From an uncultured Christensenella sp. (GTDB taxonomy: Bacteria; Bacillota; Clostridia; Christensenellales; Borkfalkiaceae): a DNA stretch of 53,451 bases. Below are positions 8,427 through 17,801 of the stretch, piece by piece; positions within the stretch are counted from its first letter, which is position 1; each line of letters opens with the position of its first letter. The DNA is taken from NCBI GenBank assembly GCA_964475885.1, contig CAYYYD010000002.1, positions 1 through 53,451 of the forward strand, in the 5' to 3' direction. The notes under the pieces are model-generated. The model saw nothing but the letters and a program-made list of their open reading frames with translations. It was not told the origin of the DNA and did not search any database. The position numbers and the translations under genes are program-made.

Positions 8427-11141
8427 TTATTCGGTTCTTAAAGCGACCACGGGGTCTTTTTTTGCGGCGGAACGCGCGGGGATAAGACCGCTTATTAAGG
8501 TCAGCGCAACGCTTACCGCAACCATTATAAGCGCACTCGTTACGGGTAACGACGCAAGCGTTCCTATACCGGTTAAAGATTTAAGTATTAAATTTATAAA
8601 TACCGAAAGCAAATAACTTACGCCTACACCCAACGCGCCCGAAGCCAAACCGATAATAAACGTTTCTGCGTTGAACAGGTTTTTTATGTCGCGCTTTCTT
8701 GCGCCTATCGCACGCAAAACGCCTATTTCTTTGGTGCGTTCTACTACGGATACATAGGTAATTATTCCTATCATTACCGAAGAAACGATAAGCGAAATAG
8801 AAGTAAACGCTACCAAAACGTAGGTAATGGCGTCTAACATCGTTTGCATCATACTCATCATCATACCTACCGTATCGGTATATCTTACCTGCGTTGCCTT
8901 TTCGTGAGAATCGTTCCATGCGTCTAAATGCGCAAGAATGTTTTCTTTGTTTTCGAAAGTGTCGGTGTAAATTTTAATAGAGTTTACCGTATCTTTACCG
9001 CCTACCGAACGCAAAGCCGTATCGCCGTAAAGAATATATCTGGAAACTCCGCTCGCTTCGCTTTCTATATAATAAGAGTCTAGCGTTTTGCTTGCGCGCT
9101 TAAAGTATTTTGCCGTTTCGGGGTTAGACATAAACGCACCTAGTTCGGCGTATTTTTCGTTATATTCCTGACTGCCGGGCGTAAGTTCTTGCAGTTGCGT
9201 AGACAAGGTTACCAGTCGGTCAGAAACTTCGCTTTGTTTACGTATGGCTTTTGAAATGTTAGAATTCATATTGACCGCCAAGTAGTCTTCTGCAAGTTTT
9301 TCGGTAAAATACAAACCGCTACTTAAACAACCGTAAGTTCTGTCGGCTTTTAAGCGGTAAACACCAACTATCTCTATTTCTATACCGTCGGTCTTCGCAG
9401 GGTTTTTACCCGTGTAATTAAACATATATTCGGCGGTCGGGTCTGTGTTTTCGGTGTACACCGAATCGTTATAGTAAAGGTAATACTTTTTACCTATAAT
9501 GTTTTCGAAGGAAATCGTCTGATACCCTGCTTCGTCTTCCGATTGTTGCTCGGAAGTCGTTTCGGGAAACAAATCTAAAAACTGTTGTTCGGGCATAATA
9601 CCCAACTGCGCCAAAGTCAGGTCGGTAATGTCGTTGTTTTGACCTATAACTAATATAGCCTGATTGACTTTGGTCGGAAAGGTACTGTTTTCGCTTGCCT
9701 TTTCGTACTGCGACAAAACGTACTCGCCCAAGTTTTCGGCGTCGAGATTTCTAGTGCCGGGTATTTTACCGTATATTGCGCCCAAATAATCTACCATAGG
9801 CGCAAGTTTAGCGTATTCTTCTTTCTGGTTTCCTAAAAGTTCGGTGTAATACGCTTTTAACGAAGACAACGAATAGGTCGCTTGCCCGTCTTTCATATCT
9901 ACATTTGTAAAAAGCGTGTTAGAAAGGTTCATACCCGTGCCGTAAGAAATTGCCGTGGTGTACCCGTATTCGGTATTCATTTTTTCTACATAAGCAAGGT
10001 ACTCGTCGCTTAAATCGTTAGTAACGGTCATACCCTGCGCTATGTTGGTTAAAAAAGAATTGACGTACGCTTTGTTTTCTAACTGACTTAAATCGGGCAT
10101 ATCTTTTGCCGAAGTCATACCCTGCATAACCGAAGTCATATCTATGGTTGTTTCTTGAACTTCTAGCGGATAGTAAGAAAGCATATCTTCTTCTGTTTTA
10201 AGTATGTAATTATTAAACCCGTTAGAAAGCGCAAGAACAAGACAAACGCTTATAATACCTATACTGCCGGCAAAACTAGTAATGGCGGTTCTTCCCTTTT
10301 TAGCAAGAAGGTTTCTTCCGCTTAAACCTAACGCCGTCTTAAAACTCATAGACGTTTTGTCTTTTTTGCGTCGCCCGAACAAACGACGTTTTTTGGGTTT
10401 TTCTTGCCCGACTTCTTGCGGTGCTACGCTTTCTTCGAATGGGTTGCTGTCCGATACGACCAACCCGTCGTGAAGTTTTACTATTCTGGTAGAATACTTT
10501 TCGGCAAGCTCGGGGTTATGCGTAACCATAATTACCAAACGCTCGCCTGCGATTTCGCGTATCAGTTCCATTATCTGAACGCTTGTGTTAGAATCGAGCG
10601 CGCCCGTCGGTTCGTCGGCTAAAAGAATTTCGGGGTTATTTACCAACGCTCTGGCAATGGCAACCCTTTGCATCTGTCCGCCCGAAAGTTGGTTGGGGCG
10701 CTTGTTCATTTCTTTTTCTAACCCCACGCGTTTAAGCGTTTCTTCGGCACGCCTTCTGCGTTCTTCTTTAGAAATACCCGCAAGCGTCAACGCAAGTTCT
10801 ACGTTTCCTAAAACCGACTGATGCGGAATAAGGTTATACGACTGAAAAACAAAACCTATTCTGTGATTACGGTATACGTCCCAATCGCCGTCTTTATACT
10901 CTTTGGTAGACACTCCGTTTATAATAAGGTCGCCCGAAGTATACCTGTCAAGTCCGCCTATGATATTAAGCATAGTCGTCTTACCGCAACCGGACGCACC
11001 CAAAATAGAAACGAATTCGTTTTTTCTAAAAGACAGGTTTACGCCTTTTAGGGCGGGAACGGTGTTTTCTCCGTTTCCGTACACCTTAACAATATCGACC
11101 AATTTTAATGCGCTTTCGTTGTTGATTTTTTGCTTTGCCAT
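8427..11141 (-). CDS. fused ABC transporter ATPase + FtsX/MacB-type permease
   Basis: 904 aa. Walker [10 protein letters not shown], signature LSGGQMQRV, Walker [13 protein letters not shown]. One TM near residue 290, then a ~450-aa loop and three C-terminal TMs (FtsX topology). Confidence 0.85.
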   Translation of the reverse strand: MAKQKINNESALKLVDIVKVYGNGENTVPALKGVNLSFRKNEFVSILGASGCGKTTMLNIIGGLDRYTSGDLIINGVSTKEYKDGDWDVYRNHRIGFVFQSYNLIPHQSVLGNVELALTLAGISKEERRRRAEETLKRVGLEKEMNKRPNQLSGGQMQRVAIARALVNNPEILLADEPTGALDSNTSVQIMELIREIAGERLVIMVTHNPELAEKYSTRIVKLHDGLVVSDSNPFEESVAPQEVGQEKPKKRRLFGRRKKDKTSMSFKTALGLSGRNLLAKKGRTAITSFAGSIGIISVCLVLALSNGFNNYILKTEEDMLSYYPLEVQETTIDMTSVMQGMTSAKDMPDLSQLENKAYVNSFLTNIAQGMTVTNDLSDEYLAYVEKMNTEYGYTTAISYGTGMNLSNTLFTNVDMKDGQATYSLSSLKAYYTELLGNQKEEYAKLAPMVDYLGAIYGKIPGTRNLDAENLGEYVLSQYEKASENSTFPTKVNQAILVIGQNNDITDLTLAQLGIMPEQQFLDLFPETTSEQQSEDEAGYQTISFENIIGKKYYLYYNDSVYTENTDPTAEYMFNYTGKNPAKTDGIEIEIVGVYRLKADRTYGCLSSGLYFTEKLAEDYLAVNMNSNISKAIRKQSEVSDRLVTLSTQLQELTPGSQEYNEKYAELGAFMSNPETAKYFKRASKTLDSYYIESEASGVSRYILYGDTALRSVGGKDTVNSIKIYTDTFENKENILAHLDAWNDSHEKATQVRYTDTVGMMMSMMQTMLDAITYVLVAFTSISLIVSSVMIGIITYVSVVERTKEIGVLRAIGARKRDIKNLFNAETFIIGLASGALGVGVSYLLSVFINLILKSLTGIGTLASLPVTSALIMVAVSVALTLISGLIPARSAAKKDPVVALRTE

Positions 11142-11223
11142 ATCTAATCTCCTTTACGCTACCATTCTAACACAAATAACCTTAAAATAAAATTGAATTA
11201 AATCTAATATATTAACGTTTTAC

Positions 11224-11259
11224 AAAAAAATACCGCCGTATTTAGCGACGGTATTTTTA
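11224..11259 (-). terminator. intrinsic terminator after hsp20
   Basis: ATACCG...CGGTAT stem (11230-11235 / 11249-11254) followed on the minus strand by a T run. Confidence 0.6.
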
Positions 11260-11272
11260 AGGGAAAGAAGGT

Positions 11273-11695
11273 TTAATCTATGCGAATGTTTTTGCTTTCT
11301 ATCTCTTTATTCTGCTTTTTTGGTACTTCTATTTTAAGCGTACCGTTTAAATATTTTGCCTTTACGTCGTCTTCGGTTACTTCTTTACCTACGTAGTAAC
11401 TTCTAGAACAAGTCATACTTCTTTCTCTTTTAACGTAAGAGTCTTCGGTATCCTTTTCTTCTCTGTTTGCCGAAACGGTAAGATAACCGTCTTTTAACGA
11501 CAAGTTAATGTCGTTCTTTTCGAAACCGGGCATATCTACCGATAAAGAGTACCCGTCGTTAGTTTCTTTTATATCCGTTTTCATTTCCGAAAAACCTTTA
11601 CGGTACATTGTCGGCGCAAAAAAGTCATCGAAAAATCCGTCGAATAAACTGTTTCCGAAAAAGTCGTTGTTTCTGCCTGTTAAATAGTGTTTCAT
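11273..11695 (-). CDS. Hsp20/alpha-crystallin family small heat-shock protein
   Basis: 140 aa. Alpha-crystallin core DIKETNDGYSLSVDMPGFEKNDINLSLKDGYLTVSA ... GTLKIEVPK; GGAGA SD. Confidence 0.9.
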   Translation of the reverse strand: MKHYLTGRNNDFFGNSLFDGFFDDFFAPTMYRKGFSEMKTDIKETNDGYSLSVDMPGFEKNDINLSLKDGYLTVSANREEKDTEDSYVKRERSMTCSRSYYVGKEVTEDDVKAKYLNGTLKIEVPKKQNKEIESKNIRID

Positions 11696-11729
11696 AATAA
11701 ATTCTCCTTTTATATTTTTTTTGTTTTTT

Positions 11730-11795
11730 TTAGTCTATATTGTTTTTATCGCTTACGGTCTGCCGTCGCCACCTGTCGGTAAAAAAACTTTTCAT
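11730..11795 (-). other. candidate 21-codon leader ORF in the hsp20 5' UTR
   Basis: AAAGGAGAG SD, 6 nt, then ATG: MKSFFTDRWRRQTVSDKNNID-stop. It lies between CIRCE and the hsp20 SD. No further support. Confidence 0.25.
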
Positions 11796-11844
11796 ATCAA
11801 ACTCTCCTTTACCGAAAAATTTTAGCACTCGTTTTGATTAATTG

Positions 11845-11871
11845 TTAGCACTCTCTCTTCCCGACTGCTAA
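11845..11871 (-). promoter_or_regulatory. CIRCE (HrcA operator) upstream of hsp20
   Basis: TTAGCACTC-N9-GACTGCTAA against the consensus TTAGCACTC-N9-GAGTGCTAA (17/18 match, exact N9). It starts right after the -10 box. Confidence 0.7.
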
Positions 11872-11875
11872 TTAT

Positions 11876-11903
11876 ATTATACATCGCAAATTTTATTTGT
11901 CAA
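11876..11903 (-). promoter_or_regulatory. sigma-A promoter of hsp20
   Basis: Minus strand reads TTGACA (11903-11898), 16 nt, TATAAT (11881-11876). Confidence 0.6.
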
Positions 11904-11912
11904 CTGTTTTTT

Positions 11913-11956
11913 AAAAAAATTTTAAAAAAAATTAAAGCGCCGTTAAAACGCTTTAA
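11913..11956 (-). terminator. intrinsic terminator after trkH
   Basis: TTAAAGCG / CGCTTTAA stem (11932-11939 / 11949-11956) followed on the minus strand by a long T run. Confidence 0.6.
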
Positions 11957-11998
11957 TTTTACCCTTTTTACTTATTTATATACCGTTTACTTTGTACG

Positions 11999-13468
11999 CT
12001 ACTTACTTTTTCTCCACGTTCTGGGGTTAAAAAGAATTAAAATCGGAAAAATTTCCAATCGACCCGCAAGCATCATTACCGACAAAACCGATTTAGAAAA
12101 ACCGTTGTACCCCGAAAAGTCGAACGACGGCCCCACAAGGTTAAAGCCCGGACCGGTATTGGTAAAGCAAGTTACCGAAGCCGATATATGCGTAAACAAA
12201 TCGTTAGAAGCAAACCCGTCTAAACATAAAAGAAGCGTAGACAAAATTATCAACCCCAGCCACAACACCATAAACGTTTTTACGTTGCGTTCGGTTTCGG
12301 ACGAGATTATTTCGCCGTCGAGTTTTTTGGTTAAAACCGCACGGGGGTGCACCATTTTTTTCAGGTCGGAAGAACCCGACTTCCATAAAATAACTAATCT
12401 GGAAACTTTAACACCGCCACCAGTAGAGCCACCGCATGCGCCGACAATCATAATAAACATTATAACCGCCTGAGAAAGCGACGGCCACATCGTATAGTCG
12501 TAGGTAATAAAACCAGTAGTCGAAATAACCGAAGTTACCTGAAACACAGAGTATCTTAACGCCTGCGCAAAGTCTACGGTAACGCCTAAAATATTTACTG
12601 TAATAATAACTATCGCAACCAAAACGATAATAAAGTACGCCCTGAGTTCTTCGTTTTTAAAAATTTTAGTTACGTTTCCGACAAGAATAAAGTAGTAAAT
12701 ATTAAAATTTATTCCGAACAAAAACATAAATATCGCCACTACCATTTCTACGTAAGCGCTGTCGTAGTAGGCAATGCTTTTGCCGTGCGGAGCAAACCCG
12801 CCCGTGCCTGCGGTAGAAAACGCCGTTAAAACGCTGTCGTACACACCCATACCGCTAAACAGTAAAAGCACCGTTAAAATAACGGTCATAACCGAATAAA
12901 TAGCGTAAAGAATTATAGCCGTATGCTTCATTTTGCTTACGAATTTAGAAGCGTTAGGTCCGGGCGATTCCGCACGATACACGTGCATAGCGCCTTCGCC
13001 GTAAGCGGGAAAAAGCGCCAATACGAATACCAACACACCCATACCGCCTATAAAATGCGTAAACGAACGCCAAAAAAGTATTCCTTTATCGGTTAAATAC
13101 AAGGTGTCTATTCTGTCTGCCGGAATAACGGTTGCGCCCGTCGTGGTAAAACCCGACACCGTTTCGAACACGGCGTCTATATAATTAGGTATAGCACCGC
13201 TTATAACAAAGGGCAACGCCCCTACAAGCGACAAAATAATCCAGCAAAACGCAACTATTACAAACCCTTCTTTTGCGTAAATAGAAGTTTCGCGCGGTTT
13301 TATAAACGAACAAGGCACACCTATCGCGCATAATATAGCAACGGGTACCAAGTACGCCGTTACGTTGTATTCTCCGTAACAGAAACCGACCAGCATAGGT
13401 AAAAGCATACAAACCGCGCCTACCAGCATAGCCTTTCCTATTATGTTGAAAAGCATTTTATAATTCAC
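11999..13468 (-). CDS. trkH: TrkH/KtrB family potassium uptake membrane protein
   Basis: 489 aa, polytopic, with repeated pore-loop-like GFTTTG / TAGTGG / STTGF / NTGPG motifs. Overlaps the trkA stop by 1 nt. Confidence 0.85.
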   Translation of the reverse strand: MNYKMLFNIIGKAMLVGAVCMLLPMLVGFCYGEYNVTAYLVPVAILCAIGVPCSFIKPRETSIYAKEGFVIVAFCWIILSLVGALPFVISGAIPNYIDAVFETVSGFTTTGATVIPADRIDTLYLTDKGILFWRSFTHFIGGMGVLVFVLALFPAYGEGAMHVYRAESPGPNASKFVSKMKHTAIILYAIYSVMTVILTVLLLFSGMGVYDSVLTAFSTAGTGGFAPHGKSIAYYDSAYVEMVVAIFMFLFGINFNIYYFILVGNVTKIFKNEELRAYFIIVLVAIVIITVNILGVTVDFAQALRYSVFQVTSVISTTGFITYDYTMWPSLSQAVIMFIMIVGACGGSTGGGVKVSRLVILWKSGSSDLKKMVHPRAVLTKKLDGEIISSETERNVKTFMVLWLGLIILSTLLLCLDGFASNDLFTHISASVTCFTNTGPGFNLVGPSFDFSGYNGFSKSVLSVMMLAGRLEIFPILILFNPRTWRKSK

Positions 13469-14817
13469 TATTTAAAAATCTCCGAAAACTCGCTGATTTG
13501 ATTTTTGGCAGTTACCACTATTACCCTATCGCCTGCGTAAAATTCGGTATCTCCGCTAGGAAGAATAAACTCGTTTCCCCTAACCACACCGCCGATAAGG
13601 GTATTGTTTTTTAGTTTTAGGTCTTTAAGTTTTACGTTTTTATGCGAAAAACTTTCGTTTACGGTAAATTCCGTCGCTTCGGCTTTATCGTTTAGTTTAT
13701 ACAGATTGTTTATAACGTCGCTTACAAACACCTGATTTGCGCGAACGTACTTTAATATGTGGCTGGCAATTACGTTTTTGGGCGACACCACGCTGTCTAG
13801 CCCCAACTGTTCTACCATATCTAAAACGTTTTGGCTTACCACCTTGGTAATTACCTTAGGCACTTTTTTAGAAATAGCGTAAAGCGACACGATAACGTTC
13901 GTTTCGTCAGAACCGGTAAGCAATACGCAAGCGTCGGCACCCTTTAAATTTTCTTCGTCTAAACTGGTTTGGTCGGTTGCGTCGCCGAAAACCACGTCTA
14001 CCGAATTAAGCGATTCCGATAAAGCCTTGCATTTGTCTTTATCGTGCTCCATAATCTTTACCGAAGCGCCCGCTTTTGTAAGTTCTTTTGCAAGGTAATA
14101 CGCAACCCTACCGCCACCTATAATAAACACCGACCTAGAACGCGGTTTAAAAATTTTAAGTTTTTTACAAAAAGCAATCATTTCCGACTCGGTCGCTATT
14201 ATATGCACGTTGTCATTTTCTTTTACGACGTAATCTCCGCGCGGAATAATTACCTGTTCTCCGCGTTCTACCATGGCAAACAAAATTTTGTAGCCGTAAG
14301 AAGCGACTTCTACAAGCGATTTACCTATAATGGGGTTACCTTTTAGTATAGGAAACTCTATCATCAACGCCCTGCCGTTAGCAAAACTTTCTACATTTTT
14401 TGCCGACGGGAATTTAAGTATCTGCGATATTTCCACCGCCGTGCGGTATTCAGGGTTAAACACTAAATCTAGCCCGAACACATCTCTCATATTGCCTATT
14501 TCTTTAAACAGTTCGGGGTCGCGAACTCTGGCAACGGTACGTTCGGCACCGAGTTTTTTTGCCAACACGCAAGTTAAAACGTTTATTTCGTCGCGAGAAG
14601 TACAGGCAATAAACAGATTTGCGCCCGACACTTCGGCGTCTAATAAAACGTTTCGCTCTATTCCGCTACCCACAATACCCTTTACGTCGTAACGGTTTAC
14701 TATTTTGTTTACTGTTTCGGAATTTTGGTCGACAACGACTATATCGTGATTTTCGTTTGAAAGGTTTGCAACCAGCGTATCACCGACCTTGCCGACGCCA
14801 AGAATAACTATTTTCAT
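13468..14817 (-). CDS. trkA: Trk system NAD-binding regulatory protein TrkA
   Basis: 449 aa with two RCK N-domains (ILGVGKVG; IIGGGRVAYYLA), each followed by a C-domain. Confidence 0.9.
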   Translation of the reverse strand: MKIVILGVGKVGDTLVANLSNENHDIVVVDQNSETVNKIVNRYDVKGIVGSGIERNVLLDAEVSGANLFIACTSRDEINVLTCVLAKKLGAERTVARVRDPELFKEIGNMRDVFGLDLVFNPEYRTAVEISQILKFPSAKNVESFANGRALMIEFPILKGNPIIGKSLVEVASYGYKILFAMVERGEQVIIPRGDYVVKENDNVHIIATESEMIAFCKKLKIFKPRSRSVFIIGGGRVAYYLAKELTKAGASVKIMEHDKDKCKALSESLNSVDVVFGDATDQTSLDEENLKGADACVLLTGSDETNVIVSLYAISKKVPKVITKVVSQNVLDMVEQLGLDSVVSPKNVIASHILKYVRANQVFVSDVINNLYKLNDKAEATEFTVNESFSHKNVKLKDLKLKNNTLIGGVVRGNEFILPSGDTEFYAGDRVIVVTAKNQISEFSEIFK

Positions 14818-14827
14818 ATCGGTTTAC

Positions 14828-14856
14828 ATTTTATACCTTTTTTTTACGCTTGTCAA
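14828..14856 (-). promoter_or_regulatory. sigma-A-type promoter for trkA-trkH
   Basis: Minus strand reads TTGACA (14856-14851), 17 nt, TAAAAT (14833-14828). Confidence 0.45.
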
Positions 14857-14895
14857 ACGGGTGCGTAAATATTGTTATTCTTTAAAACGAACATT

Positions 14896-14925
14896 AAAAA
14901 GGGTTCTTAACCTAGAACCCTTTTT
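14896..14925 (-). terminator. intrinsic terminator after HXXEE gene
   Basis: GGGTTCT / AGAACCC stem flanked by A5 and T5 runs. Confidence 0.65.
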
Positions 14926-14939
14926 ACATTTTTATAGTT

Positions 14940-15746
14940 TTATTTGAGTTTTTCCGAAAGATACCGTTTTATATCCGAAAAACTTTTTTTCTTTATCGCA
15001 AAACAGTACACGCAACCCACAATCAAACAAACCGCCGTTAGCCCCAAAATAACAAGACTTGCAACCGTTCCGCCACTTATTCCCGTTTGTGCCGTGCCGT
15101 TTAAAAATTTGTCGTAATACCCGTGGTTTGCAAAAACGAATTTAGAATTTTCGTTTTTAAAAATCATTTCGGGAAGGTTTACAAACAAAAAAGACAATAA
15201 AACCAGCGACAGTATTCCGCCGAGTATTTGTTTTATATTAGGTCGGTCTTTAACGAACGCAATTACGTACCCTATAAACACGGGCAAAAAACCGAACAGT
15301 GCCGTATTAAGCCCCGGTGCGTAAAACGACGTTTGTCCGACAGACGAAAAAGCGTTAAGCGATTTACTTGCAAGCACCACGTGTATTACCGCTTCGAACA
15401 GACTAAACAACCCTATGGCAATACCCGAACCTTTGCCGAATTTCCAAAACCTTAACACAGCCACGCCAAGCAACACACCGCCCAAATTGGTAATCATATC
15501 GGTAAGTTGGTTCATAGGATAATTGCTGGGGCTTTGCGAATTAAGATTATATATATAATGAAATCCGCCCGGCAAAACCCATTCTTCGTAAACGTGCAAA
15601 ACCAAAACTATAATAGCAATAATCCCCAACCGCTCCAAGCAATCGTACTTTTGCCAACCCTTAACAAGCACGACACCGAGTATAATACCTATAATCGCTA
15701 TTAAATAAAGCCAGCCCGAACCGACAAACCAATAAATAAAATTCAT
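14940..15746 (-). CDS. HXXEE domain-containing membrane protein
   Basis: 268 aa, about 7 hydrophobic segments, HVYEE motif (HXXEE); divergent from a TetR gene. Confidence 0.7.
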   Translation of the reverse strand: MNFIYWFVGSGWLYLIAIIGIILGVVLVKGWQKYDCLERLGIIAIIVLVLHVYEEWVLPGGFHYIYNLNSQSPSNYPMNQLTDMITNLGGVLLGVAVLRFWKFGKGSGIAIGLFSLFEAVIHVVLASKSLNAFSSVGQTSFYAPGLNTALFGFLPVFIGYVIAFVKDRPNIKQILGGILSLVLLSFLFVNLPEMIFKNENSKFVFANHGYYDKFLNGTAQTGISGGTVASLVILGLTAVCLIVGCVYCFAIKKKSFSDIKRYLSEKLK

Positions 15747-15764
15747 AATTTTCTCCTTTTTTTA

Positions 15765-15795
15765 ATTGTATCATTTTACCGTTTTATGATACAAT
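15765..15795. promoter_or_regulatory. perfect 10-bp inverted repeat, candidate TetR operator / divergent promoter
   Basis: ATTGTATCAT-N11-ATGATACAAT. The arms contain TTGTAT and TACAAT hexamers 18 nt apart on both strands. Confidence 0.55.
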
Positions 15796-15840
15796 CGTTT
15801 CGTAACACGAATTTGTTTTATAGAACATAAAGGAGTATTT

Positions 15841-16389
15841 ATGTATCATATCCCCAACGACAAACGGGCTTACCGTTCGGCAGATAAAATTTGCACGGCT
15901 TTAAGCGAATGCTTAAAGCACAAAAAGTTTGCAGACGTAACCGTTACCGATATTCAAAAAAAATCCAATACGGGCAGAGCCACGTTTTACAGACTGTTCG
16001 ACAATACTGCCGACGTACTGTCGTATTTATGCGACAAAGTGTTTATAGAAGCAGGCAAAGAAATTACCGAAATACCTTACCCTACCGCCGATAAAACGAC
16101 CTTGTGTTTTATAGAAAAGTGTATGCAAAACAAAGCCCTGCTTACCGCAATTATTCAAAGCAACAGAATAGATTTTTTACATAACGCCCACAAAAAGTTT
16201 TTTAAATTAGGGCACGAATACTTTTTTCCTAACCTTACGCCCGACGAACTGTCGTATATGACGGCAACGCTTACCGCCTGCACTTGCGCCTTTATAGTTT
16301 GTTGGATACAAAACGGCGGAAAAGAAACGCCTTTCGAATTGCAAAAAAAACTAAAACTGTGCTTTAAGTCGTTAGGAAATATCTTTTAA
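15841..16389 (+). CDS. TetR/AcrR family transcriptional regulator
   Basis: 182 aa with an N-terminal HTH (VTVTDIQKKSNTGRATFYRLF). Confidence 0.85.
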   Translation: MYHIPNDKRAYRSADKICTALSECLKHKKFADVTVTDIQKKSNTGRATFYRLFDNTADVLSYLCDKVFIEAGKEITEIPYPTADKTTLCFIEKCMQNKALLTAIIQSNRIDFLHNAHKKFFKLGHEYFFPNLTPDELSYMTATLTACTCAFIVCWIQNGGKETPFELQKKLKLCFKSLGNIF

Positions 16390-16395
16390 AAATCC

Positions 16396-16425
16396 AAATC
16401 CGCACCGTATCGGTGCGGATTTATT
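16396..16425 (+). terminator. intrinsic terminator after TetR gene
   Basis: AAATCCGCACCG-TAT-CGGTGCGGATTT 12-bp stem. Confidence 0.7.
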
Positions 16426-16457
16426 CGGTTTCAACCATTCATTATTACTTATTACTT

Positions 16458-16488
16458 TAAAAAAACTCGGTAGCCGTGCTACCGAGAG
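16458..16488 (-). terminator. intrinsic terminator after ssrA
   Basis: CTCGGTAGC-ACG-GCTACCGAG on the minus strand, followed by T7. Confidence 0.75.
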
Positions 16489-16492
16489 TTTT

Positions 16493-16846
16493 TGGTGGAG
16501 ACGCGGAGATTTGCACTCCGGTCTTGAACGCCACGATAAAACCTTCTACATACTTATCCGATAATTATTCTCGGGAAAAACACGGCTGTCGGCAACCTAT
16601 ATTTTACCCATAAACGTTAAATTCCGTTACTGTCGCACGTCCACACGGCGGTAACAGTTCCCCGTCTGATTGACGCCCTATCCTTTCCCGACGGGCGAAA
16701 AAAGGCAGGACGTTCGCCTAAACTAAGCGGCGAATGCTACTTGTTGATTGTTAGCATTTAAATTTAATGTTTCCGTTTTAACGAAGCCGGAACTTCGGTA
16801 TGCTTATATCTTACCGAGTACGCCCAATCGAAACTGAATCGTCCCC
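16493..16846 (-). ncRNA. ssrA: tmRNA (SsrA), 354 nt
   Basis: The 5' GGGGACG pairs with the 3' CGUCUCC-ACCA, including the G3:U wobble. UUCGAUUGGG near the 5' end; T-arm CGGAG-UGCAAAU-CUCCG. Tag reading frame 16755-16723 encodes ANNQQVAFAA-stop. smpB lies 2.2 kb upstream. Confidence 0.9.
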
Positions 16847-16869
16847 GTATAAAGGGCTTTAAGCCCTTT

Positions 16870-17784
16870 TTATTTTACGCTGTCTATGTCGTAAGGCGTT
16901 TCCTGATATACGTAGTGGTTAAGCCAATTCATATAAATAAGGTTTGCCGTAGACGACCAACTCATTTTAATCTCTCCGCCGGTGCCGTTTACATAATAGT
17001 TTTCCGGCGGGTCGATTTTTAAGCCTTTGTTTAAATCTCTTAAATATTCTACTTCTAACGTTTCTCTGTCGTATTCCGCATGCCCCGTTATAAAAATAAA
17101 TTTATTGTCTTTAGAACGGATAATTCCTGCTCCGGCTTCTTTAGAAGAAGCGATAAGAACCAAGTCTTTGCAAGCCTTTATGTCTTCGGTATACACGGTG
17201 GTATGTCTGGAATGTGGCATATAAAACCTGTCGTCGATACCCTTTAAAAGCCTTTCGTACGGCACCAGAGTTTTGTGCTTGTATACGCCGAACAGTTTTT
17301 TTTCTAGTTTATGCTTTTCTATACCGTAATAGTAATGAAGCCCTGCCTGAGCGCCCCAGCATATAAATATCGTGCTGGTAACGTTGGTTTTTGCAAACTC
17401 GAAAATATCTTCTAGTTCTGCCCAATACTTAATTTCAGAAAACTCTTTTTCTTCTACGGGTGCGCCGGTAACAATCATACCGTCGAACTTCATATTTTTA
17501 ATGTCCGAAAAAGTTTTGTAGAATTTTTCTAAATGTTCTAACGAAGTGTTTTTGCCCACGTACGTTTCCGTGCTGACAAGCGTAATGTTGACCTGCAAAG
17601 GAGAATTGGAAAGCAATCTCATTAACTGCGTTTCGGTAACTATTTTGGTCGGCATAAGGTTTACGATTGCAATTTCTAGCGGACGAATGTCTTGCATTTT
17701 TGCACGCTTATCCGTCATAACGAAAATGTTTTCCGATTGCAAAGTTTTTACTGCCGGTATGTCTTTGGGTACAATGATGGGCAT
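16870..17784 (-). CDS. metA: homoserine O-acyltransferase MetA
   Basis: 304 aa; MPIIVPKDIPAVKTL...NLMP opening typical of MetA; paired with metY. Confidence 0.88.
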   Translation of the reverse strand: MPIIVPKDIPAVKTLQSENIFVMTDKRAKMQDIRPLEIAIVNLMPTKIVTETQLMRLLSNSPLQVNITLVSTETYVGKNTSLEHLEKFYKTFSDIKNMKFDGMIVTGAPVEEKEFSEIKYWAELEDIFEFAKTNVTSTIFICWGAQAGLHYYYGIEKHKLEKKLFGVYKHKTLVPYERLLKGIDDRFYMPHSRHTTVYTEDIKACKDLVLIASSKEAGAGIIRSKDNKFIFITGHAEYDRETLEVEYLRDLNKGLKIDPPENYYVNGTGGEIKMSWSSTANLIYMNWLNHYVYQETPYDIDSVK

Positions 17785-17801
17785 AGTGTTTCTCCGTTAA
17801 A

